From a virus, in IMG/VR virus record IMGVR_UViG_3300027736_000020, positions 96,001-160,000 of that record: DNA of 64,000 nt, one strand, 5' to 3'. Below the pieces are notes generated by a model that made no database searches, was not told the DNA's origin, and saw only the letters and a program-made list of their open reading frames with translations. Positions 29,748-39,830 of this stretch are shown here, piece by piece. How positions within the stretch are numbered: position 1 is the first letter of the stretch; each line of letters starts with the position of its first letter. The translations under genes were made by a program, and so were the position numbers.

Positions 29748-30199
29748 AACACGTAAAAATTCATGGAAAAACTCAACTAGTTAAATCTGAACCCAGTCTT
29801 CTTGATGTATATTTTTTCGATGGACAAGAAATCTTGACGAAAGCACAGGACCGTCCTCATGTATCTCCATCTGCAATGCAGATAGCGCAAACTCCCGCCT
29901 TTTTTCGAGGCAAAAAATCTTCACAGTCAAGAAAAACAAAATCTGTAAAAAAATCCATTGATGAAATCAGCCTTCTTGAAGTATTTTCCGGAGATGTCAT
30001 GAACAAATCAGAAATTACTGTTTCTCCATATATTTTGAATACTGCAGTAAATTCAACAACACTTATTCCAAAAAGCATGAGCGACAGAAATCTGTATGGC
30101 ACAAGATTAAGAAGAAGGAAAAAAAGGCCGGAAACTCAAGGACCTCAAATTCAGGATGCAACAGAGGACTCTATTGTTCCACCTGCGCCAATTTTCTAA
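29735..30199 (+). CDS. Hypothetical protein with many K(S/A) sites
   Basis: 154 aa; LVKS, LTKA, VKKS, MNKS, IPKS. Confidence 0.7.
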   Translation: MARIKHVKIHGKTQLVKSEPSLLDVYFFDGQEILTKAQDRPHVSPSAMQIAQTPAFFRGKKSSQSRKTKSVKKSIDEISLLEVFSGDVMNKSEITVSPYILNTAVNSTTLIPKSMSDRNLYGTRLRRRKKRPETQGPQIQDATEDSIVPPAPIF

Positions 30200-30217
30200 A
30201 AAAGACTGGAAATCCAA

Positions 30218-33200
30218 ATGGACACAAGATTATCAAAGGCAAGAACAACAAGAAAACCTGCTCCTGCTAATGGCAAAAAAGACAGCACTAACAAAGCGGA
30301 TAAATCCAATGACAAGGTAACTACTCAGCCTTCTTTTATTCCTCCAATAACTTCTTCGGGAGAAAATACTGGGACAACAAGAGGACCGAATAACGACCCA
30401 GTGAATAACGCCATTCGCGCAGGACAGTCAAGTTTTTCCAATGGATCTTCTGTGTTCGCTGGTGGAATCCCTTTGGGAGATATTTTATCATTGCCGGGAA
30501 TTTTTTTAGCAGATACAGTCAGAAGAATGGTTGTTGGGAACAGATCAAAAAATCCCAAAGAAGTTGAAGTTCCTAAAACTGAAGTTGTTGGACCTGAAGC
30601 TCCTAAAACTGAAGTTCCTAAAGTTCGTGAAGCAGAAGCAGTAGCAAGACCACGAGGACCAACAGGAATTTCAGAACAACCTGTTGGAAAACCTCCTGCA
30701 AATTTGAGCCGTTACGAAGGAACATATGCCAGAGAATTGAATGAATTGGATTCAACAGTTAATCGAGGATATGTAGTGAATCCCGAAACAGGCGCATTGA
30801 CACCTCGCGGATTAGCACCAGTGAGAGAACCAGTGAGAGAACCTGTAAAACCCTCTAGTAAGCCTGCAGCTGCAAGTAAACCCTCTGGTAAGCCTGCTAA
30901 CTCCGCTAGTGCAAAAATGGAAGGTTTTTCCGGCGCTGGAGGAAAGGCCATAAGCGCTTTAATGGCATACGACATGGTTAATGCAATTACTGATATTAGT
31001 TGGAATACCATTCAAGATGCTTTAAACAATAAAACACCGGGAGACAGGTTAAATTGGGAGAGAAATAATATTGCCGCAAATGCTATTGATCTTGCAACAG
31101 GATTTGCTCGCGACACAATGGAAAACGGAGATCTGACACCGGGTCGTGAATCACGATATAGACAAGCGAGAATAGATCTGGCACAAAAGCAGAAACCTGT
31201 TATGGATGAAATTTCCAATCTTGCGGATATATACGAAAAGAGAGAAAGAGATCTTAGCTCTCCTACGTACAGGCAAGCTTTGGCTCTTGGCGGATACTTG
31301 AAAATTGACAAAGACGGAAAACCCATTCCTTTGGAATCCTATGTCAATTCGGAAAATAATAAAAATCCCATGGATCAACATTCACGGCAACAGGATTTGG
31401 CTGAAACTCCCGGAAATCATTTCATTGGCCCTGTTCCTTCGCCTTCAGAAATAAATCAAATGATTAGAGACGGAAAAATAACTGGAAATACTAAAGCTCC
31501 CGTTCGTCTTGTTCCCACAGAAGATGATCCCAATTTTCCCGGTTTTTGGGACAATATTCTGGCTGGAGATGTTCCCAAAGCGTTAAATGCAGCAATGGCT
31601 CCATGGTCTAGGGTTGGAAATGAGCTTGGAAAACCAGAAGTAACGAACGAAGGAAAAATAGTTCCAACAAACAGATCCGGTAGTACTCTTGCAATTGTTC
31701 CTAGGGATGTAGAAGATAAAAATAGTTTTCGTGGACTAATACCATTCATGAATAATATTACCGCAAAAAGAGATAAGAGAATCAAGCAAAATACATATTA
31801 TGATGGAATGAATTTAGGAGGAGATGCAGTAAAGGAAATGCTTCCCGGTGGACCTCAGGCTATTTCTCCTGTAGAGGCAAATACATTAAATTATATAGAA
31901 AGATTAAAAAGAAAAAATAAAATTGTTCCTAATTTGCCTGCAAGAGAAGGAATAGATGATTCATACGACTATCCTGATGATTTAAATCCAAATGAAGGGC
32001 TTTCTTCGGATTTAACGCGATCTATTTCTTCCAATGCAATGGCAAATTCATTGCTAAAATCGTATTCCAAAAAAAAAATATTAAAAAAAGCTTTGGTAAG
32101 CAGCCAATACAAAAAACCTTCAACGAATGAAGAACCAATTACCACAATAAAAGATCCTCCTAAATACAAAGCACAACCAGTGACTGAGCAGAGTCCTGCA
32201 GGCACGCCAATGCCTGACTACATCATTCCCAAGGGAAAAGGAAAAGCTTATAAAGACATTGTCAGCGGTGGTATCGAACCATATCCAAGAGAAACAATTG
32301 CAAGCGCGACGACACCGCGCACTCTAGAAGAAATACAAAGTGATCCAGTCCGAATTACTGTCACAAGAGGACCGGATGTAGGCGCACAAAAATTACCTCC
32401 TTCATCTCTTCCAAGCGTGCAACAACTTGCCGATTCACTATTTATTGGGTCTGGTGCTGCGCCAAAGGCAACAATTGGAAAATTTCCCAAAAGCCACTTT
32501 GATTATACTCCCGGAGGCAAAAAAACTATATGGAATCCTCAACAGTTAACAACACATCCTGATGCGTTTAATGGTAAAGAAAACATGGCTACGGACATGG
32601 AGGCACTTACAGGTACGGCGTATCCAATAGCAATTGATTCCCAAGGATCTCCATTGCTTGGGGATCATTTAGGTCATTCAGCAGATGCTCCTGCAGTTAT
32701 TCCTCATGGATTTTTTTCTAAAACAGCTGACGGTCAACTGGAAAGACTGCCTGATCAAGCATCATGGTATGAACTTCCAAAATCCACATTGCTTTATAAA
32801 AAAGGCGCAGGGAAACAAGAAGTTCTTGATCCTCAATCTGGAGATCCGGTAACACATTTAAGGTATTTGGGAGCTGTTACAAGAAAAGAAACAAGAGCAA
32901 GGACAGGTGCAGATTTTGCTGAATTTCCTGGAGCAGTGATAGATGATGCTAATTTTCGTGTTCCAGTTACTGGAATTCAGACAAAACACGTTGAAGGTTC
33001 TTTGTCTTGGCTGTTTACCAATATTTTTCCAATTCCATTATCCGGTGCTAGGCCAATATGGGTAGAGCAATCCATTGATGACATCATTGCTACGCACATA
33101 AGAAAATTTGGAATTGATAAAGCTCCTGATTTGAGCATAGAAGATATAGAAAAGCAAACTCTCAAAACCCCTGTTGATTCATTTCGGGCAGGAACAGGGC

Positions 33201-36025
33201 GTGCAAGAGGATTGGGCGAAGGAAGACGCTTGAGTTCTCCAGAAATTGCTCAATTTGAAGCAGAAAACAATTGGCCAAGAAACATTCGTGCTCCTATTTA
33301 TGGAGCAACCCAACAAGGAAGCTTGTTAAGCCAATTTGATTTTACTCCCAGACGTTGGGGAGAAATACCAAAAAGCAAAAGAAAAGATCAGGACTATTTG
33401 CGTGCAGTTTATGAAAGTATGGATGACAAAGAAAAAGCAGCAGTACGCCCGGCGACAATACTTTCCACTGGTGGATCTTGGACAGCATGGAAACCCGGAA
33501 ACGCACGAACTGTAGGCGGAAAAGTTCGCATGGAAACTACTGCAGATGCGTCCAGAAGAGGTCAATTGATTGCCAAAAATGATTTTCTTGACATAGAACG
33601 TCCATTGATAACGACAATTAATGGCGTTGCTGTAACGTTGACTGGTCGAGATGCGCGTATTCAAAGACAATATGATTTTGTTCAAGATCCAAAACTGAAT
33701 TCTCCACAAGAAAATAAATCTGCCATTGAAGCATTTGTCCGAGAAAAACTTGGCCTTAAAGAAACAGAGGCTATTCCTGATTTGAGTCCAGATCAAGAAT
33801 TGAAACTCATGGTTTATGAAGCATCTCTGAAAAAAGACAAGCTTCCTGAAGCCGTATGGGAGGAAATAAAAACGCATATTGATGCAAATGCATCACGTTT
33901 CAGCGAATGGAAAACAGCTGCGCGAATTCCTTATGAAGGCGATTACTCGATAGATCCACGTGACAGCAGAGGGGTTCGTCAACAATATGACGATCAAGGC
34001 AATATTGTCACCGATTTTTCGTTAAGTCGCATTAATGAAGATCCATCAGCATTTCCAAACACTTCTGTACCACAATCATCAGCTCAACGTTCTTGGGATT
34101 CACTAGAGGATTATGAAAAACAAGCATTTAATGGTTATTCCATAATTACGGTGAATGGACAAACTTTTAAAAGAGACAGGCGCGGCAAAGCTCAAGGACA
34201 ACCACTTTCAGAAGCAGAAATAACACAATTAAAAGAAGAGTATGCAAAAGACATAGAACAAAACATGGAAGATGCTTCAGCAGAAGCTGTTGGACAATTT
34301 GGATCTTCCACCAAAACCAATATTGGCGCAAATCAAGGAGAAATTAAAGCAATAAGTAAGCAGGATAGAGAACAATATGGAGGTAACGGAGAAAGAATTT
34401 ATCAAATGATAAATAATCTTGTCCGCAATAATCCAGTCGCATCAGTAGCAAAAATATATTCATCGGTAAGAACTGACAAAAAACGTGAAATTCTTGATGC
34501 TCAAAATACTGCTGCACAAGCACTTAATATTGATATCGGCATAACACCTCAGTCAATAAAGACAGGGTACATGACATTTTCTCCTAGCGGATATCCAAAT
34601 GGCAGGGATTCATTTTCATCCGGCGATGTTGATTTTTTGAAAAAATACAGTGATTTGCCTCATGATCAATATCTCAAGGACAAAATAGGAAAACTCATTG
34701 ATTTTTGGGAAAGTAAAATTTCAGACAAAGCAAATTATCCCAGTACAGGTAGGAAAAGTCCGCTTGATGAGAGTCATCTGAACACTAGCGATATTGGCAC
34801 TATTGGAAAACTAAAACAAGACATTATTGATGAATTAAAATCATTAACGTCAAAAAATAATGCTGGCAGTGATATTGCCGAATTGCGAGAAAGCATAAAA
34901 ACAGTATTTGGAAATAATGATGATGATTTTCTCGAAAAATCTACGTTTGAATACGCAAGAAAAATGGCATTTCAGCGTCTTCATGCAAAATCAATTATAA
35001 ATATTCAAAATCAGGTTTCAAATATTTTTGCAAAGGATCAAATAGATTCTCCAATTTCAGATTCAAAAATTATTGCTTCCAAAATAGGAACAGGAATATT
35101 GGCACTTACAGACAATCCTGCTGACAGAGCAGGAGTCAATGAATATCTTACTCTTGTTGCAATGAAAAAACTTCAAAATCCAAATACAGATTTTAATTCA
35201 TTGCCAACACCTTTGCCTGCTGCTGATCCTGCACAACTTGATGCAAAAACCATACAAACAGATTCTTTGGATAGGAACAACACAGACATTGCAAAGATGT
35301 TTTCAACATATTTGCAGCCAAAAGCGCTTCCATATTTGAAAACAATCATGACACTTGTAAATTCAAAAATAAATCAGGACAATTACGGATCAACAACACT
35401 CATGCCTGAGAATTTTACTGCAACAAATGAGCCGCAAAAATTACTTGAGATGCTTTATCAATCCAATGAAACAAATGTTTTGCAGCTTGAAACTGTACTT
35501 CGTGACATTGCAAATGAGTTAAGAACGTCTGGAGGAAAAGGAACGATCAAGAGAGCAAATATTGCCGGTAATCCTGCGTCAAGGACGCAATCCGAAAAAC
35601 CATATTTAATTCCATTGATGCCCGGTTTGAGTCATTTAAAGACTGCAGATTTTATTGATCCAGATACAAATGCTCTGATAATTCCACTTATTCATGAGCA
35701 TTTTAAAAATGAAATAAGCATTTCTGATCCCGAACAACGAATCAAGGGAACACCGCCCTTATGGAGCGATGGTGCGGGACAGGTAACAGGAAACGGGTGG
35801 ACAGCAAGAGAAAAACCTGCATCAACGACCATGCGAGATTGGGCGAGTGATTACAACAAAGTATTGCAAACTTTTGTTGATTCTCTTGTAAGAACAGATA
35901 AACCAGTTCAAATTCCAGAGTGGCTTGCCCAAACTCCGCAACATGTGGCAGATATCATTTCCAGAATAAATGTTGCTCCTGCTGTTCAGCAAACTCAATC
36001 GCTTTTGGGAGAAGAGGATGATTAA
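30218..36025 (+). CDS. Giant 1935 aa orphan protein, putative internal virion protein
   Basis: Uninterrupted ORF; starts MDTRLSKA; internal LLKS...ILKKAL at aa ~612; no enzyme motif recognised. Confidence 0.85.
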   Translation: MDTRLSKARTTRKPAPANGKKDSTNKADKSNDKVTTQPSFIPPITSSGENTGTTRGPNNDPVNNAIRAGQSSFSNGSSVFAGGIPLGDILSLPGIFLADTVRRMVVGNRSKNPKEVEVPKTEVVGPEAPKTEVPKVREAEAVARPRGPTGISEQPVGKPPANLSRYEGTYARELNELDSTVNRGYVVNPETGALTPRGLAPVREPVREPVKPSSKPAAASKPSGKPANSASAKMEGFSGAGGKAISALMAYDMVNAITDISWNTIQDALNNKTPGDRLNWERNNIAANAIDLATGFARDTMENGDLTPGRESRYRQARIDLAQKQKPVMDEISNLADIYEKRERDLSSPTYRQALALGGYLKIDKDGKPIPLESYVNSENNKNPMDQHSRQQDLAETPGNHFIGPVPSPSEINQMIRDGKITGNTKAPVRLVPTEDDPNFPGFWDNILAGDVPKALNAAMAPWSRVGNELGKPEVTNEGKIVPTNRSGSTLAIVPRDVEDKNSFRGLIPFMNNITAKRDKRIKQNTYYDGMNLGGDAVKEMLPGGPQAISPVEANTLNYIERLKRKNKIVPNLPAREGIDDSYDYPDDLNPNEGLSSDLTRSISSNAMANSLLKSYSKKKILKKALVSSQYKKPSTNEEPITTIKDPPKYKAQPVTEQSPAGTPMPDYIIPKGKGKAYKDIVSGGIEPYPRETIASATTPRTLEEIQSDPVRITVTRGPDVGAQKLPPSSLPSVQQLADSLFIGSGAAPKATIGKFPKSHFDYTPGGKKTIWNPQQLTTHPDAFNGKENMATDMEALTGTAYPIAIDSQGSPLLGDHLGHSADAPAVIPHGFFSKTADGQLERLPDQASWYELPKSTLLYKKGAGKQEVLDPQSGDPVTHLRYLGAVTRKETRARTGADFAEFPGAVIDDANFRVPVTGIQTKHVEGSLSWLFTNIFPIPLSGARPIWVEQSIDDIIATHIRKFGIDKAPDLSIEDIEKQTLKTPVDSFRAGTGRARGLGEGRRLSSPEIAQFEAENNWPRNIRAPIYGATQQGSLLSQFDFTPRRWGEIPKSKRKDQDYLRAVYESMDDKEKAAVRPATILSTGGSWTAWKPGNARTVGGKVRMETTADASRRGQLIAKNDFLDIERPLITTINGVAVTLTGRDARIQRQYDFVQDPKLNSPQENKSAIEAFVREKLGLKETEAIPDLSPDQELKLMVYEASLKKDKLPEAVWEEIKTHIDANASRFSEWKTAARIPYEGDYSIDPRDSRGVRQQYDDQGNIVTDFSLSRINEDPSAFPNTSVPQSSAQRSWDSLEDYEKQAFNGYSIITVNGQTFKRDRRGKAQGQPLSEAEITQLKEEYAKDIEQNMEDASAEAVGQFGSSTKTNIGANQGEIKAISKQDREQYGGNGERIYQMINNLVRNNPVASVAKIYSSVRTDKKREILDAQNTAAQALNIDIGITPQSIKTGYMTFSPSGYPNGRDSFSSGDVDFLKKYSDLPHDQYLKDKIGKLIDFWESKISDKANYPSTGRKSPLDESHLNTSDIGTIGKLKQDIIDELKSLTSKNNAGSDIAELRESIKTVFGNNDDDFLEKSTFEYARKMAFQRLHAKSIINIQNQVSNIFAKDQIDSPISDSKIIASKIGTGILALTDNPADRAGVNEYLTLVAMKKLQNPNTDFNSLPTPLPAADPAQLDAKTIQTDSLDRNNTDIAKMFSTYLQPKALPYLKTIMTLVNSKINQDNYGSTTLMPENFTATNEPQKLLEMLYQSNETNVLQLETVLRDIANELRTSGGKGTIKRANIAGNPASRTQSEKPYLIPLMPGLSHLKTADFIDPDTNALIIPLIHEHFKNEISISDPEQRIKGTPPLWSDGAGQVTGNGWTAREKPASTTMRDWASDYNKVLQTFVDSLVRTDKPVQIPEWLAQTPQHVADIISRINVAPAVQQTQSLLGEEDD

Positions 36026-36927
36026 TTTTCGTAAACAAAAAAAGAACGCTGCTGAAAATTCAATTTTTCAGTAGCCCTCCATTTTTTCCCGTCAATACTT
36101 TCTGCTTCTTTTCTTCGAGATAAAGAAGAAAGCATTCCCATTATTCTGTGTGAAGTTATTGCACACGATTCGTCTTTTGAATCTTCGTGAAATGTTTTTC
36201 CTATTGTCTCAATAATGTCTTCACTTGTTAAACCATCTTCGCCTGCAGCAACGAGAAGGTTGGTCAACATAAATCGAGTTGCTGATCGAACATTGTTTAG
36301 ATTTTTTCTTTTTTCCTTGTTTGCTTTCTTGCTAACAGTATTCTTATTTATGTCGAGTAATACTTCTATCGACATTGGAATATCCGGAATGTTGTCTTTG
36401 CTAATTCCATTATCGATGCATTTTTGATAAAGAATTTTTATGTCTGCATACATTGAAAGCAATGAAAATTTCAATACTTGAAATTCTTCAACATATTCTT
36501 TAAATAACGAATATTCCCGCAGAAGATTTTCTGCATATTTTTGTTGCTCATTGTCAACAATCACCTTTGATGGAATAGCCATGGAATGATACTTAATAAT
36601 TTTTTTCATGTGATCTTGTAATTCTTCCATTTTTTCGGCTTTTGCTTTTTCTCGCAACAGTTTTTCTTTTTCTATCTTTTCTGTGTCTTCTTCTGGGACA
36701 AGATACAAATGTGTCCAGTTTACTGTCCAACGAACACGTTTCATCCATTTTTTTTCAAGAGATATTAACACATGCTTGTTATACACTCTTAATACTCTTC
36801 CAAATAGATTGTTATTACCAGAAACCCATACAATTCTTTTTCCAATAAGATTTTCTGAATCTGGATTCATGTCTTCTTTTAACGGACTATATAACTTGGC
36901 AGGTATTTTTTTTAATTCAGTCAACAT
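36022..36927 (-). CDS. Putative DNA-binding protein (N-terminal SH3-like, coiled coil, C-terminal winged helix)
   Basis: 301 aa; 'LLVAAGEDGLTSEDIIETI...IMGMLSSLSRRKEAESIDGKKWRA' fits a wHTH pattern. Confidence 0.55.
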   Translation of the reverse strand: MLTELKKIPAKLYSPLKEDMNPDSENLIGKRIVWVSGNNNLFGRVLRVYNKHVLISLEKKWMKRVRWTVNWTHLYLVPEEDTEKIEKEKLLREKAKAEKMEELQDHMKKIIKYHSMAIPSKVIVDNEQQKYAENLLREYSLFKEYVEEFQVLKFSLLSMYADIKILYQKCIDNGISKDNIPDIPMSIEVLLDINKNTVSKKANKEKRKNLNNVRSATRFMLTNLLVAAGEDGLTSEDIIETIGKTFHEDSKDESCAITSHRIMGMLSSLSRRKEAESIDGKKWRATEKLNFQQRSFFVYEN

Positions 36928-36933
36928 TTTTTG

Positions 36934-37134
36934 TTATTTTTCCAGTTTTTCCAAACCAAATCGATCAAGATTCATGGTTTTGTTAATCGGTAATTCTTTT
37001 TGTTCCGGAACATTAATGTTTTTTGTATCACAGACTGGACACAGTTCTATTTCCATCATTTCGAGATCTTTTGTATTTCTCACTTTTGCTTTAACAAGAA
37101 GTGATCCGCAGGTACATCTTCCAAGTTGAGACAT
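36934..37134 (-). CDS. Zinc-ribbon microprotein
   Basis: 66 aa, CTCG...CPVC; AAGGAG upstream. Confidence 0.7.
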   Translation of the reverse strand: MSQLGRCTCGSLLVKAKVRNTKDLEMMEIELCPVCDTKNINVPEQKELPINKTMNLDRFGLEKLEK

Positions 37135-37162
37135 AATTTTCTCCTTTTTTTGTTTCGAGACA

Positions 37163-37191
37163 ATAATACATTTTATTTTAAAAAATCACAA
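37163..37191 (-). promoter_or_regulatory. Sigma70-like promoter TTGTGA-N17-TATTAT
   Basis: Canonical spacing, upstream of the AAGGAG/ATG at 37134. Confidence 0.55.
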
Positions 37192-37261
37192 CATGAACGA
37201 AAAAATTGCAACGTTTCTTCGAAAACTGTGAAAAATCAAGGCCGCTTTTTGATTAATCCTG

Positions 37262-37270
37262 TGGTATGAT
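37262..37270 (+). promoter_or_regulatory. Extended -10 element TGGTATGAT for the nrdJ operon
   Basis: Contains the ATG used by the ORF track; the better start, preceded by AGGAGG, lies 77 nt downstream. Confidence 0.5.
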
Positions 37271-37286
37271 CTTATCCATCACACAA

Positions 37287-37331
37287 AAAAGAGGCGCTCC
37301 CCATTGGCTCAAAGTGGGGAGCGTATCTTTT
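37287..37331. terminator. Stable hairpin in the nrdJ leader (attenuator or bidirectional terminator)
   Basis: GCGCTCCCCA-11 nt-TGGGGAGCGT stem, flanked by AAAAAAGA and ATCTTTT. Confidence 0.55.
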
Positions 37332-37346
37332 ATCAGGAGGAAACCA

Positions 37347-39821
37347 TTGGCTGCATATAGTATACTCGAAAAAAAATTTGACTTGGAAGAAATATTTTCG
37401 TTTTTTGAATGGGAAACCTGTACAGTAACAACGGGTTCAGGAAAGATTATATCTGGTTTAGAATTTCCCGTATTTTGGAGTGATAACGCAAGGATTCAGG
37501 TAGCAGAGAAGTATTTTCGGAGAGCGGATGTTCCCCTTTTTCCCAAAGGGATTTATGATATCCATATGGCTGAGAAAATTGGTTTAAACTGGAAAAATCT
37601 ACCAACCGGTGGAGAAAAATCCTTAAAACATGTTGTAAACCGTATGTGTGGTGCAATAACTCATTGGGGAAATGAATACGGATATTTCAATGATATTCAT
37701 CAATCGGATGAATTCCGAAAGAAATTCATGATCATGATGATTAATCAGGAAGCAGCATTGAATTCTCCACAATGGTTCAATACGGGAATTCATTGGGCAT
37801 ATGGAATTGATAGTAATCCAAAAGGACAATATTACTATGATTTCAAACTCAACAGGGCTGTTGAGTCAGTAAACGGATTTGAACACCCTCAAGCCCATGC
37901 GTGTTTTATCCTTGGGGTCAAGGATGATCTTTTCGGTCCCAATGGAATTTTTGATACGGCACGGAGAGAAGCACAGATTTTCTATTTTGGATCTGGAGCT
38001 GGCAGTAATTATGCTGCGCTACGTGGCAAGGGAGAGCCAGTCTCCGGTGGTGGTGTCTCAAGCGGCATGATGTCCTTCCTCGACATTTACGATGCTGGTG
38101 GCGGAGCAATCAAGTCGGGTGGCAAGACCAGACGCGCGGCAAAGATGGACATTTGCAGTGACAGTCATCCTGAAATCCGAGAATTTATTGAGTGGAAAAT
38201 GCGACAGGAAAAGATGGTTCGATTGTTGATTGAATCCGGAATGAGTGGCGGGTTTGAAGATGAAGCTTATCGTACTGTTCGCGGAATGAACTCAAACAAC
38301 ACTGTTGCGTTTACTCATAAGTTTTTTGATGCCTTGAAGAATGACAAGGATTGGGAACTACGATGGGTTACAGACCCATCTCATGTTTCTGATCGTTTCC
38401 CTGCTCGTGAACTGTGGGAAAAAGCCGTGTATTGCACTTGGTTCAGTGCAGATCCCGGCATACATGCTACTGATACTATTAATGAATGGAATACTTGCAT
38501 TGGTGATGAGAGAATTGTATCAAGTAATCCATGCAGTGAGTATCTTTGGTTTAATGAAACTGCATGTAATCTTGCTTCAATAAATCTTGTAAAGTTTTAT
38601 GATTCAAATACAAATGTATTTGATGTTGAGAGTTTTTGTAAAGCAATTGATGTCTGGCAAACTGCCCTTGACATTACCGTTTCCATGGCTCAGTATCCGG
38701 CAAGTGATATCTGTGAGAAAAGCATGCAGTACCGAACCACTGGATTGGGGTACACAAATCTTGGTGGTTTGCTGATGTTGATGGGATATGGTTATGCGTC
38801 TGCAGAAGGACAACAGGTTGCCGGAGCAATCACCGCCATCCTTGGTGGCAGGTCTTATGTGCAGTCTTCAGTTCTTGCGTCAAATCTATCTGCATATCCG
38901 GCGTATGAGCGCAACGCTGAGCATCATTTACGTGTTATCCGCAATCATCGTCGTGCGGCATATGGCTTGAACACTGAATACGAGGGAGTAACGAAGGCTC
39001 CTCGTGGAATCGACTCTGAGACATTTCCTGCGGTGCATTCCTATCTTCTGGAGTCAGCGCGGAAGCAATGGGACAATGCTCTCACACTTGGCAAGATGCA
39101 TGGATTCCGCAACGCGCAGACAACGGTGTTGGCACCCACAGGAACGATCAGTTTCGCAATGGATGCCGACACTTTTGGAATCGAGCCTGATTACGCGTTG
39201 ATCAAGTACAAGGCACTTGCTGGTGGTGGTTACGCAGTCATTACCAATCGATTGGTTGATCCTGCCCTCAAGAACATCGGTTATGCCGATAAGGAGCGTG
39301 AAGCAATTCTCAAGCACATTGAGAAGACAGGATCAGTCGAAGGTGCTCCGTACTTGCGCATGGATCACTATAATGTGTTTGACACTGCTGTTGCTGCGGC
39401 AGGAAGCACCCGTTCGCTTTCTGCGTCGTCGCACATCGAGATGATGGCTGCGTGTCAGCCATTCCTTTCGGGAGCCATTTCCAAGACGGTCAATCTTCCT
39501 GAATCGGCTACTGAGAAAGATATTTCTGACGCATACCTTTACGGATATGAGTTGGGATTGAAGGCCATTGCAGTGTTCCGGGCAAACAGCAAAGCTGCTT
39601 CCGTGATGTTCACGAGAGCAGAAGACATGGCAAAGCGTGAAACTATTGACTTGGGATCAAAGCATTTTGATGTTGAGAAGATTTTTCATCGCCAGTTTGT
39701 TTATGAAATGCCACAGGAAGTTGAAATTCATGTTGCAAAATCATACGATGAAGAAATAAATACTGAACTTGCTGTGGAAATGCCAGCATACGGTTGCAAA
39801 GACGGCGTCTGCAGCATCTAG
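37347..39821 (+). CDS. nrdJ: Class II (adenosylcobalamin-dependent) ribonucleotide reductase
   Basis: 'NSPQWFN', 'AHACFI', 'GSGAG', 'NPCSEY', 'ACNLASINL', 'LAPTGTIS', 'GAISKTVN', C-terminal CxxxxC. Start reassigned to TTG 37347, 6 nt after AGGAGG. Confidence 0.93.
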   Translation: MAAYSILEKKFDLEEIFSFFEWETCTVTTGSGKIISGLEFPVFWSDNARIQVAEKYFRRADVPLFPKGIYDIHMAEKIGLNWKNLPTGGEKSLKHVVNRMCGAITHWGNEYGYFNDIHQSDEFRKKFMIMMINQEAALNSPQWFNTGIHWAYGIDSNPKGQYYYDFKLNRAVESVNGFEHPQAHACFILGVKDDLFGPNGIFDTARREAQIFYFGSGAGSNYAALRGKGEPVSGGGVSSGMMSFLDIYDAGGGAIKSGGKTRRAAKMDICSDSHPEIREFIEWKMRQEKMVRLLIESGMSGGFEDEAYRTVRGMNSNNTVAFTHKFFDALKNDKDWELRWVTDPSHVSDRFPARELWEKAVYCTWFSADPGIHATDTINEWNTCIGDERIVSSNPCSEYLWFNETACNLASINLVKFYDSNTNVFDVESFCKAIDVWQTALDITVSMAQYPASDICEKSMQYRTTGLGYTNLGGLLMLMGYGYASAEGQQVAGAITAILGGRSYVQSSVLASNLSAYPAYERNAEHHLRVIRNHRRAAYGLNTEYEGVTKAPRGIDSETFPAVHSYLLESARKQWDNALTLGKMHGFRNAQTTVLAPTGTISFAMDADTFGIEPDYALIKYKALAGGGYAVITNRLVDPALKNIGYADKEREAILKHIEKTGSVEGAPYLRMDHYNVFDTAVAAAGSTRSLSASSHIEMMAACQPFLSGAISKTVNLPESATEKDISDAYLYGYELGLKAIAVFRANSKAASVMFTRAEDMAKRETIDLGSKHFDVEKIFHRQFVYEMPQEVEIHVAKSYDEEINTELAVEMPAYGCKDGVCSI

Positions 39822-39830
39822 GAGAAAAAA

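Noticed and set aside
37140-37346. Cobalamin riboswitch or NrdR boxes upstream of nrdJ
   Set aside because: No B12-box or conserved riboswitch core seen, the leader is too short, and there is no convincing tandem NrdR-box palindrome.
37347-39821. Intein or intron in the ribonucleotide reductase
   Set aside because: Length (~824 aa) and motif spacing are normal; no splice-junction or LAGLIDADG motifs seen.
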